Part shown: one piece after another, positions 49,004 through 58,043 of the stretch
Layout: every line of letters begins with the position of its first letter
How positions within the stretch are numbered: the first letter of the stretch is position 1
DNA from: a virus
Virus record (IMG/VR): IMGVR_UViG_3300045919_000631
Span: 32,001-96,000 of that record
DNA length: 64,000 bases
Reading direction: 5' to 3' (one strand)
Program-made: the position numbers and the translations under genes
The notes under the pieces: generated by a model
Told to the model about the DNA's origin: nothing
Seen by the model: only the letters and a program-made list of their open reading frames with translations
Database searches by the model: none

Positions 49004-49423
49004 ATGAGCAAATTTGGCAACAGATTTAAAAGCATTTTGAATGAGAAAGATGAAGAGATGTCTGATCAACAAGCCATGGCTCAGACACTTGACAAAGGAT
49101 CGTCTATTGAAGACTTTAATGTGGATGCTCCTCCTGTGGATCACCAAGTTCAACCTTCAATGAGCGGCATTCAGAAGAAGATGTACGATGAATTGAAGGA
49201 ATGGATTGCAGAGCTTGATAGATTCGCTCAATATTTGAACGGTACAGAGCCAAATAGTGTTCAATCTCGATTAAATTCAGCTGAATCGGATACATTATTT
49301 GATAAAATCAGCACAGCTGAAACAAAAAAGATTGCTCGTGTTGCTGTAGAAATTTCTTCTTTAAGTGAAATGATGAAAGGCTATTTAGCCACAGTCAATG
49401 ATCCAAAATATCGCTATTCGTGA
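49004..49423 (+). CDS. hypothetical late protein (possible head-internal)
   Basis: TAAATA 48991-48996; N-terminus MSKFGNRFKSILNE. Confidence 0.7.
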   Translation: MSKFGNRFKSILNEKDEEMSDQQAMAQTLDKGSSIEDFNVDAPPVDHQVQPSMSGIQKKMYDELKEWIAELDRFAQYLNGTEPNSVQSRLNSAESDTLFDKISTAETKKIARVAVEISSLSEMMKGYLATVNDPKYRYS

Positions 49424-50457
49424 TTTTGGTTTTTAATCTCAATAAGTTTTATCTTAGCCGTTAGCCCAGAAAACGTATTATCTAATACAAATTTCTGGGT
49501 TATTTCATCTTTACCCTGGTCTATACAAATATCATTAAAGTCTTTATACTTTTTTAGCTCTTTCGGCCATATAAAAACCTTCTCTCCTTGATCAACTAGA
49601 GTGGATGTCTTTTTAAATGCTGGTAAATCGCTCCATTGATTGTCTAAACACCAGATTCTTGTAAAGCTTGTTAATGAAGCAAGCTGATTTCGTTGATATT
49701 CACCAAAGCTTCTATCACTATCTTCCTGAATACCTACAACAGCTAGGCCATTTTTAATAAAATAACTATCAATTGGGCCTTCTAAAAGAAAGATATGTTC
49801 CGTATCAGACTTTACGTTTTCAATTCCAGCTAAACTCTTTTCTCCACCAACTTTGCTAATGTATTTTTCTTTTTTAAAAGAGTCGCTTTTTAATAGCGCA
49901 CGACTTTGATAGAAGACAATGTTCCCCTCAAGGTCATAAAACGGTATAATTAACCTATTCTTATGCGTAAAGTCAGTAAGTGACAAATACATCGTTTTTG
50001 GCTTGTTAATTGCCGTGTTTAAGCGTCTTGACTTAATGAAATCTAAGCAAACCTTTACAATTGCATTGCTTTCATAAAATTTAAGCTGACTTATATCACT
50101 TAAGTTAATACAATCATCTGGAAGAGATGGCGTTGCAACTTTTACTTCAGGCTTTTTATTAGCAATAACTGGAACATCATCATATTCTCTTGACTTAATC
50201 TCATTTATGATGATGTTGAATGGTTTACCTGTAAGTTCAAGTAAGAAATTGAAGGCTTTTTTACTGTACCCGCAATTATGGCAGTAAGCTAACTCTTTTC
50301 TTGGTATGTAAAAGAATCTCGTCTTCTTTCCCCAGCTCTCACCTTCTTTACAAAAGGGGCAACTGCCATTATATACCTTAGTATGCTTATTATATGTTAG
50401 ATGACTTACGCATTGATACAGATTCTGCACAATGTAGTCTTCGGGGATAGGAATCAC
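49414..50457 (-). CDS. DNA primase (T4 gp61-like)
   Basis: CPFC...CHNCG Zn finger, RLIIPFY..YQSR, EGPIDS and LDN..KDFND TOPRIM motifs. Confidence 0.93.
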   Translation of the reverse strand: MIPIPEDYIVQNLYQCVSHLTYNKHTKVYNGSCPFCKEGESWGKKTRFFYIPRKELAYCHNCGYSKKAFNFLLELTGKPFNIIINEIKSREYDDVPVIANKKPEVKVATPSLPDDCINLSDISQLKFYESNAIVKVCLDFIKSRRLNTAINKPKTMYLSLTDFTHKNRLIIPFYDLEGNIVFYQSRALLKSDSFKKEKYISKVGGEKSLAGIENVKSDTEHIFLLEGPIDSYFIKNGLAVVGIQEDSDRSFGEYQRNQLASLTSFTRIWCLDNQWSDLPAFKKTSTLVDQGEKVFIWPKELKKYKDFNDICIDQGKDEITQKFVLDNTFSGLTAKIKLIEIKNQNHE

Positions 50458-50464
50458 CCAAATA

Positions 50465-50704
50465 TTATTGTCTGTAAGAAGTAGAAGTCAATGAATTATT
50501 TTGATTTTTCTTAAAATCTGCAATAACTTCACCGGTCTTGCTGTCTTTAATCGATACGGTACCCCTTTTAATGAGGCTACCCGTTACCGGATCACTCCAA
50601 GCAACGTTTTCATATGTTTTTCCATTCTCTGTAAATGTAGTAACCTTTGGAAAAGCTGCCTGGCCTGAGAAAGGCGATATAATCTTTACGGGTTCCATGA
50701 ACAT
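50465..50704 (-). CDS. hypothetical protein
   Basis: within ORF 50465..50815; TAAATA (-) 50710-50715 lies 5 nt before ATG 50704. Confidence 0.6.
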   Translation of the reverse strand: MFMEPVKIISPFSGQAAFPKVTTFTENGKTYENVAWSDPVTGSLIKRGTVSIKDSKTGEVIADFKKNQNNSLTSTSYRQ

Positions 50705-50708
50705 ATAA

Positions 50709-51059
50709 CTATTTAGTCGTTGCTGTTGAGGATTTAACAGGATTACCGTGCTTTTTGTTGTGATAAAACTGCGCCTTGCAGATTTTGTATATATCAGCCG
50801 GTAAACATTGCACAAATTCTGCTATCTTATACTTTAAAGCCCATTCAAACTTGTCAACAGGTGAGAATCTATTGATATTCTTTGGAATAGATAGAAAATG
50901 ATAGACATCATCATCTTTCTCCACAAATACCCACATTTCACCTACGTATGTACCTGTTCCTACTGCATAAGCCTGGGATTCTTTTGGGGCTTTAGTGGAA
51001 TTATTAGGCTTCCACTTCATTTTTTCTATTAGTCTCTTGACCTTTGTTATATTAGACAT
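50709..51059 (-). CDS. hypothetical protein
   Basis: 116-aa ORF. Confidence 0.65.
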   Translation of the reverse strand: MSNITKVKRLIEKMKWKPNNSTKAPKESQAYAVGTGTYVGEMWVFVEKDDDVYHFLSIPKNINRFSPVDKFEWALKYKIAEFVQCLPADIYKICKAQFYHNKKHGNPVKSSTATTK

Positions 51060-51104
51060 AGAAACTTAAAAATACTAATGAGATTCAAGGGATTTCAATG
51101 TGAA

Positions 51105-51494
51105 TTAACGGAAATTACCACCATTACCAACATGATATTGATAGAATTTCACGAGAAAAGAGTTAAGTGCATCCGCTTCTTGTTGATTGTGAGCAACAAC
51201 CAGTGGACCAACTGGGTTTCCTTCAAAATCATACCCAAATATGATGAAATTGTTCATAAACTCTTGGTTTGTTGCCACTAGAGCATCGTTAATATCATCG
51301 CCTTTTTTGGCTTCTGATTGCTGTTGAGCTTGTTTTCTGAGAAAAATCTTTAAAGCGTCTCGAACCACTGCATCAACAGCAACTGTCGTATCTGAAACAG
51401 CAGGAACAGCAGAAAGTGCTGTTGTCTCTTTTTTTCTTTTTGGAGTCTTTCCAGGATCTTCTTTAGATTCCTCTCCTTTATTTGAAACGAACAT
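51105..51494 (-). CDS. hypothetical protein
   Basis: within ORF 51105..51515; TAAATA (-) 51500-51505 lies 5 nt before ATG 51494. Confidence 0.65.
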   Translation of the reverse strand: MFVSNKGEESKEDPGKTPKRKKETTALSAVPAVSDTTVAVDAVVRDALKIFLRKQAQQQSEAKKGDDINDALVATNQEFMNNFIIFGYDFEGNPVGPLVVAHNQQEADALNSFLVKFYQYHVGNGGNFR

Positions 51495-51498
51495 ATCT

Positions 51499-51864
51499 TT
51501 ATTTAATTTTAGCAAATGGATTATTGGCTATATTGTTATCAACACCTCTACTGATTAGATGATCTATGATAACCTCAATGCTTTCTGTTTTTAAAAACGT
51601 TCCAGATGGGAACTTTTGATTACCGTCTGATAACTCAAACAATACTTCATTTACTTCATTTTTATTTGAGTAACAAGTAACAAACACTGATGCGACTCCT
51701 GGATCAACAAGCACTGTCCATCGTCTTGGGTCTGAACTACCATACGCATTAAAGATTTTAAATACAACAAATCCACTATCTTTAAGCCGCTTAATGAAGT
51801 AACCAGCTGTTTTGATCTTGTTAGATACTTTCTTTTGCTTAATTGTCCACGGGATCTGTTCCAT
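51499..51864 (-). CDS. hypothetical protein
   Basis: 121-aa ORF directly after clamp gene. Confidence 0.7.
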   Translation of the reverse strand: MEQIPWTIKQKKVSNKIKTAGYFIKRLKDSGFVVFKIFNAYGSSDPRRWTVLVDPGVASVFVTCYSNKNEVNEVLFELSDGNQKFPSGTFLKTESIEVIIDHLISRGVDNNIANNPFAKIK

Positions 51865-51865
51865 A

Positions 51866-52603
51866 TTAATTAATTAACGCAGACACGATATAAATCAATT
51901 TTGTATCTCCTCTTTTCATGTCTATCTTTAAAATACCCAATGTATTGTTAATGCTAACTTTGCAAGCATCGCTCTTGCTAAAGTTAACCAACCTAAATGT
52001 CTCAAAATTAATAGGAAGCGGCTTACTAATAGTTGATCCTTCAAGTTTATCAGATATAACCATTTGAAAGTTATCACTGTTGTGACGTGTCTTGTCACCT
52101 AATTCAGCGAATACTTTATTATCCTCGCAATAAATGTATATTTTATTAGTTTCTGTCGTAAACGAGCTTGCGCGTGTTATATTGTTTATAACTTCTGCTT
52201 GAACCACAAAACTTGTATCAAACACAATATCATTTATTTTTTTAATATTGATTAATGGCTCTTTAATAATGCCATCATCAAGCAGGTGATACTTAAATTT
52301 ATAATGCGGGGTTGTATATTTGATACAATTGGACTCTAAAGTGAGATCAATCTTATCAGATTCTTCATCGTTAACGCAATCTAAGACCCTTGTAAATTTT
52401 TTAATATCAGGGACGTTAAGTTTAACAACACTTTCGCAAATAGCTGGAAGCTCGGCATAAAGCACAAGCGTCTGGTCATTAGATGCTAAAAGAGCTGAAA
52501 TTTTATCAGTCTCTATTCTAAAAGTCGCTTTATCGGATATACTCGACGCTGAGCCTAGTATATTTGAAATAAATTGCTTTTTATTTCCTATTGTTAATTT
52601 CAT
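51866..52603 (-). CDS. DNA sliding clamp (gp45/PCNA-like)
   Basis: 245 aa two-domain beta/alpha pattern, LNVPDIKKFTRVL, KFKYHLLD, ends LIYIVSAL; replication cluster. Confidence 0.75.
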   Translation of the reverse strand: MKLTIGNKKQFISNILGSASSISDKATFRIETDKISALLASNDQTLVLYAELPAICESVVKLNVPDIKKFTRVLDCVNDEESDKIDLTLESNCIKYTTPHYKFKYHLLDDGIIKEPLINIKKINDIVFDTSFVVQAEVINNITRASSFTTETNKIYIYCEDNKVFAELGDKTRHNSDNFQMVISDKLEGSTISKPLPINFETFRLVNFSKSDACKVSINNTLGILKIDMKRGDTKLIYIVSALIN

Positions 52604-52622
52604 TAAACTAATTATAGATTAG

Positions 52623-53138
52623 TTAATTTTGAGAACCATCTACTTTTTTTTTATATTCTCTCTTAGGCTTTGGAGCTGCGTCTAATTTTTGGGAAATTTC
52701 ATTGAGCTTTTCAAAAAGCTCATCAAATGTATCGTTCATACGATCTTCCATGTCTTCAATTTTATACACTAAATCTTGATATTTTGCTCTCTTATCAAAA
52801 TCAAACTCAAGCTGCGGAGTATCTTCCACTTTTATAGGATAAGATGTTGTGATTGTCGCTGGATCAATTGGAGTAACTGAACCGACAACTTGCATAAAAT
52901 TTACTTGTGAAGTAGCTTGTGGCTGGGTGGGTTGAATTACTGGCGGCTGGACCTGCGGTTGCGAAACAACTGGCGACGATGTGGTCGTCGCCAGGAATTT
53001 TGCAAGATCATTTTTAACCACTTCAGCTCTCTTGCCGAGAGTGCTTGATGATGAGGTAATCATGCCATCGATTTTATTCAAATCAGACATGGTCCCCAAC
53101 ATTATGCCAGCAACGAGAGCTTTGTGATCTTCTTCCAT
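52623..53138 (-). CDS. hypothetical protein with Pro/Gln linker and coiled coil
   Basis: 171 aa; contains QLEFDF, a possible clamp-binding motif. Confidence 0.65.
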   Translation of the reverse strand: MEEDHKALVAGIMLGTMSDLNKIDGMITSSSSTLGKRAEVVKNDLAKFLATTTSSPVVSQPQVQPPVIQPTQPQATSQVNFMQVVGSVTPIDPATITTSYPIKVEDTPQLEFDFDKRAKYQDLVYKIEDMEDRMNDTFDELFEKLNEISQKLDAAPKPKREYKKKVDGSQN

Positions 53139-53140
53139 CT

Positions 53141-53968
53141 TTAATTAGTATTTAAATCAGCGAGAAGTTTTTCAACTTCATCATCGCTATCTACAGGAGC
53201 TGTCTTTTTAGAAGCTTTTGGGGACTCTTTTACTGGCTCATTCTTTTCTTCTTCGACTTCATCCTTAACAGTAGTGCAATAGAAGTGCTCTGCAAGCATT
53301 TGCTTAAGCTCTTCAACGCTCCTTGCCGGAATAACACCAGTTAAATCAAACACGCTGCCATAGATCTTTTCAATCTTATCTTCTGTCAAGCCCTTAATTT
53401 CACCGGGCATGGAGAACTTAGATGCAACATAAGAAGGAAACTCACCTTGCTTATCAACTTTAATTTTAAGACTAACACCTTGATTACTCAGATCAAAAAT
53501 CTTTGAACCAAGCTCTTCGGCGCTCTCACCATCAATTGCATCTTGGATAACGGTCTGCAACTGCTTGCCGTAGCGTAAAATCTTTACTGTTCCGTTATTT
53601 TCTGGCTTAACGGGATCATTAACTACATATACGTTAACAAGCCATTTTTCAGCGCGACGAATAGTTTCGGCTTTTTTCTTGGCTGTTTCATCGCCTGTGC
53701 GAATAATGCGATAACGGTCTTCAGAGATTGGATCTCTTTGATTGAATGTCTGGAGACTTAATGCTCCAACATACTCTCCTGTAGAGAAGCTTGTCCAACC
53801 GTGCTGATAATAATGGAAAAACGTCTTAGACGCATCCTTTGCTGGTAAAAGGCGTACCGTGTAGGTATTGCCTGGTTCTGTCTTTAGAAAATCACCGGCG
53901 CCGCCAGTGCTTTTATCTTGCTCAAGAGCTTTTTTAATGCTCGCGAATGCTGATGTTATGTTACTCAT
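53141..53968 (-). CDS. single-stranded DNA-binding protein (T4 gp32-like)
   Basis: VRLLP, YYQHGW, NVYVVNDPVKPENNGTVKILRYGK, IFDL, PSYVASKF, acidic tail DSDDEVEKLLADL. Confidence 0.92.
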   Translation of the reverse strand: MSNITSAFASIKKALEQDKSTGGAGDFLKTEPGNTYTVRLLPAKDASKTFFHYYQHGWTSFSTGEYVGALSLQTFNQRDPISEDRYRIIRTGDETAKKKAETIRRAEKWLVNVYVVNDPVKPENNGTVKILRYGKQLQTVIQDAIDGESAEELGSKIFDLSNQGVSLKIKVDKQGEFPSYVASKFSMPGEIKGLTEDKIEKIYGSVFDLTGVIPARSVEELKQMLAEHFYCTTVKDEVEEEKNEPVKESPKASKKTAPVDSDDEVEKLLADLNTN

Positions 53969-54028
53969 AAAAATTTAGAAATATTAGAAATTAAAAATGT
54001 ATTATATGTTAGGTTGTTTGTTTTTCAA
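53969..54028 (-). promoter_or_regulatory. sigma70-like promoter (TTGAAA-N16-TATAAT) plus AU-rich gp32 leader
   Basis: -35 at 54023-54028, -10 at 54001-54006; leader ACATTTTTAATTTCTAATATTTCTAAATTTTT before ATG. Confidence 0.55.
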
Positions 54029-54652
54029 GAGCTCGAAAATCGTTATGCACAATTTTCGAGCTTTATTGGAAGCGTAGTATTTAGTTCTGTAAAAATTAAT
54101 GTTATCGAATAAAGTTCCAAACATTAGGTTCTTTATATCTTTGTCATATGTTGCTAGGGTTGTATCGAATTTAGGAAATGTAAAAAGTGGATATAAAATA
54201 GTGTTTCGTTCTTTAAGATGTATTAAAAATGAATGAAGACTTTCGTTTTCTTCCTTCACCAATATATAGTCTTCAAACTTAGTTTTTCTTTGTTGGCAAA
54301 ACTTAAAAATGTAGAGAAAGCTGTCTTTTATTTTTTTAACTGTTTGATTATGATCAGGATTGTTGGGTAAGAAATTTGTCTCATAATTTGTATAAGCTTT
54401 TATTGCTTTTTGAGTTGTAAAAAACTTTAAATCAAAATGCTTCTCATTGTATACAAAATATGGAGCTTCTAAGAAATCTTTAATGTTAATATTTGGGAAC
54501 CTATTAAAGAAATTAGTAAGCCTTGCAACGTAAACATAATCCTCTCTTTCTTCGAACCCTTCAAAATCTTTTCTATACTTAAAAGGCTGATTATTGATCT
54601 TTCTCGATATTTCGAGATAACAGTTGTAGACGTACTGCTCCTGAGTTGTCAT
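54002..54652 (-). CDS. helicase loader (gp59-like)
   Basis: 216 aa, immediately upstream of gp32 as in T4; VYNCYL and FEEREDYVYVARL resemble the gp59 N-terminus. Confidence 0.5.
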   Translation of the reverse strand: MTTQEQYVYNCYLEISRKINNQPFKYRKDFEGFEEREDYVYVARLTNFFNRFPNINIKDFLEAPYFVYNEKHFDLKFFTTQKAIKAYTNYETNFLPNNPDHNQTVKKIKDSFLYIFKFCQQRKTKFEDYILVKEENESLHSFLIHLKERNTILYPLFTFPKFDTTLATYDKDIKNLMFGTLFDNINFYRTKYYASNKARKLCITIFELLKNKQPNI

Positions 54653-54879
54653 TGATGAATTAGTAGAGGCATATAAGGTGCGTAAACAATACCTGGGGTT
54701 ATTGGATTATTTCGACGGTATTCATAAGCTTTTCTCTCGTTTTCAATAACGTCTAATCCTGCTATAAAATTATCGTCTTGTTCAGTCATGCTTTTAGGCC
54801 CACTACAGGTCTGCCTTATCAAACTGTTAATGATTTCTTTATCAAGCTCTTTTACCCTCACCATAAACGAATCTTCCAT
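54649..54879 (-). CDS. small protein ending in a major-capsid-like motif
   Basis: 76 aa; PGIVYAPYMPL. Confidence 0.55.
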   Translation of the reverse strand: MEDSFMVRVKELDKEIINSLIRQTCSGPKSMTEQDDNFIAGLDVIENERKAYEYRRNNPITPGIVYAPYMPLLIHQ

Positions 54880-54885
54880 CTCTTA

Positions 54886-55185
54886 TTAAAAGAGTTTTCC
54901 TTCTCGTCTGTTTATAACTTTCGTAATATATTTTGATTTAGTTATGGATGGTTCAAAAACGATAAATTTTCTCAGTGCTTCAAAATCGCTTGGTTCAGAA
55001 ATTGATAACTTATATAAGGCTCTTAACTTTTCTTCTTGTAAAAGTTTAGTAAAAATTGTAGCAAAATTAATTTTTTTTCCGTAATATAGAAAACAAAACG
55101 TGCAAAAACTATAAAACGAATGAGCTAACTCTTCATCTTCTATGTGGGCTTGAGGCGAACGTGCTAAACTCTTTTCTTCTATCAT
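54886..55185 (-). CDS. hypothetical protein
   Basis: 99 aa; TAAATA (-) 55192-55197. Confidence 0.65.
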   Translation of the reverse strand: MIEEKSLARSPQAHIEDEELAHSFYSFCTFCFLYYGKKINFATIFTKLLQEEKLRALYKLSISEPSDFEALRKFIVFEPSITKSKYITKVINRREGKLF

Positions 55186-55214
55186 TTACCATATTTAGCT
55201 TGACTTTAAATAGT

Positions 55215-56543
55215 TCAACCTTTGCTAAGCATTGTAAGAGTATTACTGATTGAATTGAGATCTCCTGTGTTATTTAAACTATCATCCTCAAGCATTGTGA
55301 GTGTATGGTAATCCATTTTAAATGTCGATTTGCCGGCGTTAGTTCCAAATCTATTCTTCATCATACCTAAATTAATTGTGCCAAGCTCTCTTTCTTCGTC
55401 ATTTTGAAAGATGCTCACGAGTACATCAGCCGTGGCTGCTAAACCCATGCTCTCACTTAATGTCACAAGGCCTGGGTTATCAATGTCATATCCAGATCGA
55501 TTTAACTGAGTTGCTGATATAAATGGACATTTAAAGGTATATGTCATTGCGCGAATTTGTTCTGTTGTGCCTTTTACCCTCTCATAACTATTATTGCCTT
55601 CTGTCGCTTTTACGAGATTAACATAATCAACAACTACTGCATCAATTTTTATGCCTTTAGAAATTATGCCTTTTATGAAGCCCTGTAACTGATGAACTGT
55701 AATTGTATTTGGAGGAAACTCCTTAATAATAATTTTACCAGACTTACCATCCTTATGAATTTCATCAATTTGTTGCTTAAGTGTCTGATTTTCACTTCGT
55801 AAATCTTTGATCGGAATATGAGTTATATTTGATGCAAGTCTCTTCGCATACATTAGTTCACTCATTTCGAGAGTAATAAGCAAAACTGTCTTATTTTGCT
55901 TTGCTATGTTTGTGGCAATATTGCCTAATATAATACTCTTACCGATATTTGTCTCACCCGCAAACACATAAATTGCTCGACCATTTGTTAAGAACCCACC
56001 ACCAAGTTTCTCATCAAGCCATTTCCAGCCAGTGGATATTGTTGGCTGATCCGTGCAGATATCGTCAATTAAGGTATCAATATCTTTATAAAGGTCAATC
56101 CCGTCATCAGTTTTGAGACTGATATTACAGCTTTGTTCAAATTTATCTAAGATAAAACTTGTATCAACTTTACCGGCTCCAATATCTTCAGCAACTTCAA
56201 GCATCGTATTATAGATAGCTCGTTCTTTAATGTATCTCTCTGTATTTTCAACTAACTCATCGTTATTAAAATTTTTATCGATGTTTGTAAATGTGCGAAG
56301 AACAACTTTAAATGACTCCCTGGTTTCTTCAGAATTTATATAACTCTTTAATTCAGTAGCTGTAGGAACGGATCCACGCTTTACGTAGAACTCCTTAATA
56401 ATATTAAAGATAGCCTTAATATTTTTGTCTTTAAAATATGAAGGTTTTAAATGCTCTAAAATTGATGATAGATATTTTTCATCAGTTAGTGCTTTATACA
56501 CTATAATTGACTCATATTCATCCAAATTCAGTTTTAACCCCAT
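55215..56543 (-). CDS. replicative DnaB-like helicase (T4 gp41)
   Basis: AGETNIGKS, LITLEMSE, IKEFP, VVDYVNL, SATQLNRSG, SESMGLAATAD, MKNRFG. Confidence 0.95.
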   Translation of the reverse strand: MGLKLNLDEYESIIVYKALTDEKYLSSILEHLKPSYFKDKNIKAIFNIIKEFYVKRGSVPTATELKSYINSEETRESFKVVLRTFTNIDKNFNNDELVENTERYIKERAIYNTMLEVAEDIGAGKVDTSFILDKFEQSCNISLKTDDGIDLYKDIDTLIDDICTDQPTISTGWKWLDEKLGGGFLTNGRAIYVFAGETNIGKSIILGNIATNIAKQNKTVLLITLEMSELMYAKRLASNITHIPIKDLRSENQTLKQQIDEIHKDGKSGKIIIKEFPPNTITVHQLQGFIKGIISKGIKIDAVVVDYVNLVKATEGNNSYERVKGTTEQIRAMTYTFKCPFISATQLNRSGYDIDNPGLVTLSESMGLAATADVLVSIFQNDEERELGTINLGMMKNRFGTNAGKSTFKMDYHTLTMLEDDSLNNTGDLNSISNTLTMLSKG

Positions 56544-56548
56544 ATCAA

Positions 56549-56576
56549 ATTGTAAAGTCTAATTTTAGACTGTCAA
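56549..56576 (-). promoter_or_regulatory. sigma70-like promoter TTGACA-N16-TACAAT
   Basis: tgtcaa 56571-56576 and attgta 56549-56554 on plus strand; 5 nt before helicase ATG 56543. Confidence 0.7.
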
Positions 56577-57254
56577 CGTCTTACCAATATATTTTGAATA
56601 TTTTTCCAAAAAGTATTTTTCGCCGGCGATCCATTCAGGTGTAAACTCTCTCAGGCCAGGTGATTGATGAATTACAGGAACATCACCGACCACAATCGAT
56701 ACTTTATTAAGTGAGCAATCTAGCGAGAAATTTAGGTCATAGAAATGGAACTTAGCAGGGTTTGACTCATCAAATTTTACTGAAACTGGCAATTTTTCAA
56801 TATTGATTGCAATAAAAAGACCATCAATCATAATTGCTTGATGCGGTAAAGGACCAAATGATGTATAATAATAATCATTATACATTCCATGAGCAACACA
56901 ACCTTTTTGATCTTTTCTTTCTGAGATTAAGTGCCAAAGAACTGGAGATTTGATAGTAATTGCTGATGCACCCGCAAGGCCTAAAATAGTATATTGAGAC
57001 AAATATTTTTGCACTCGTTCACGTAAATCGTAACAATTTATAATAACATCATCGTGAACTAAAATAAGAGCATCAATTTGCTCATCTCGAGCTTTTTTGA
57101 TCGCTTTATTATATACAACAGCTAGAGATTCTTTATTTTCTCCGTAAAAATCTACATCACGTATAAAGTTATCAGATAGATACGGAGACTGACGCATAAA
57201 AATTGTGTCAGATAAACTCTTTTTCTGTGAAGCAATTGCAAATCTAATTCTCAT
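56565..57254 (-). CDS. GT-A fold (GT2-like) glycosyltransferase
   Basis: SLAVVYNKAI, LILVHDDV (DxD-like), GLAG, IDGLFIA, FDE..FHFYDLNFS, VIHQSPG. Confidence 0.8.
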   Translation of the reverse strand: MRIRFAIASQKKSLSDTIFMRQSPYLSDNFIRDVDFYGENKESLAVVYNKAIKKARDEQIDALILVHDDVIINCYDLRERVQKYLSQYTILGLAGASAITIKSPVLWHLISERKDQKGCVAHGMYNDYYYTSFGPLPHQAIMIDGLFIAINIEKLPVSVKFDESNPAKFHFYDLNFSLDCSLNKVSIVVGDVPVIHQSPGLREFTPEWIAGEKYFLEKYSKYIGKTLTV

Positions 57255-57565
57255 ATAAATTTTTTTCTATCATCCATTTCAGGCTTGTTTTGTTCAGTCC
57301 ACATTGCGCACATTATATTCCATATTGCAGCTGCGGCATGGTCTTCATTTTGATCACCTTCAAACCATGAAGTTAAATGGCGCTGAGCACTGTCATAAAA
57401 AACTGAAAGCGGCATTCCATGCTTCCAATTATTTTCTCCGTATTTTCCGGCGCCTCCAACATAATGTTGCGCGACTCTTTTTAATTCTTTGTGAGGAACT
57501 AAACTTAGGCGAGGTTTACCTTTTGCGGTATCGCGTTGAGCTCCTGTTTCAAACTGCCTGTTCAT
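57251..57565 (-). CDS. dATP/dGTP diphosphohydrolase-domain protein (DUF5664-like)
   Basis: FETGAQRD..GKPRLSLVP, GAGKYGENNWKHG, SAQRHL..W..G..EDHAAAAIWN signature. Confidence 0.85.
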   Translation of the reverse strand: MNRQFETGAQRDTAKGKPRLSLVPHKELKRVAQHYVGGAGKYGENNWKHGMPLSVFYDSAQRHLTSWFEGDQNEDHAAAAIWNIMCAMWTEQNKPEMDDRKKFI

Positions 57566-58043
57566 CTAAAATATCTTTAATAGTTTTCTCAAAAACTGCA
57601 TCTTTTGTTCCAAACTCATTATCAATAATAGTTGGCTCCATTTTTAAAAGCTTTTTAAAGAAACCAACACCAAGGCTATTAATTTCAGAGTTAACGTAAT
57701 ATTTTGAACTTACGTCTGAATAATCATTTAAGACTTTTAATATTAAACCTGATGCAATCCCTTTTCCGCTATAGCCCTTGTCAGTAACTATATAATATGT
57801 TTTAATGACGTCTGGACCTTTATGATTAAAAGAATATGCATGTAAGCCTATGATTTGATCACCATCTTTTGCTAATACAATAGGAAATAAATCCCACCAA
57901 GATACCATATTTGGGCAACGTGACCAAATCAATCCAAACGTGTTCATTACAAATGTATCTGTGTTATCATATACAAATCTCACCATTTCAAGTTTTTCTT
58001 GTTCGGTGGGGCCAACAACATACCTAACATTAAAATCGCTCAT
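57549..58043 (-). CDS. GNAT-family acyltransferase
   Basis: IVTDKGYSGKGIASGLI acetyl-CoA motif A; N..GVGFFKKL motif B. Confidence 0.8.
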   Translation of the reverse strand: MSDFNVRYVVGPTEQEKLEMVRFVYDNTDTFVMNTFGLIWSRCPNMVSWWDLFPIVLAKDGDQIIGLHAYSFNHKGPDVIKTYYIVTDKGYSGKGIASGLILKVLNDYSDVSSKYYVNSEINSLGVGFFKKLLKMEPTIIDNEFGTKDAVFEKTIKDILDEQAV

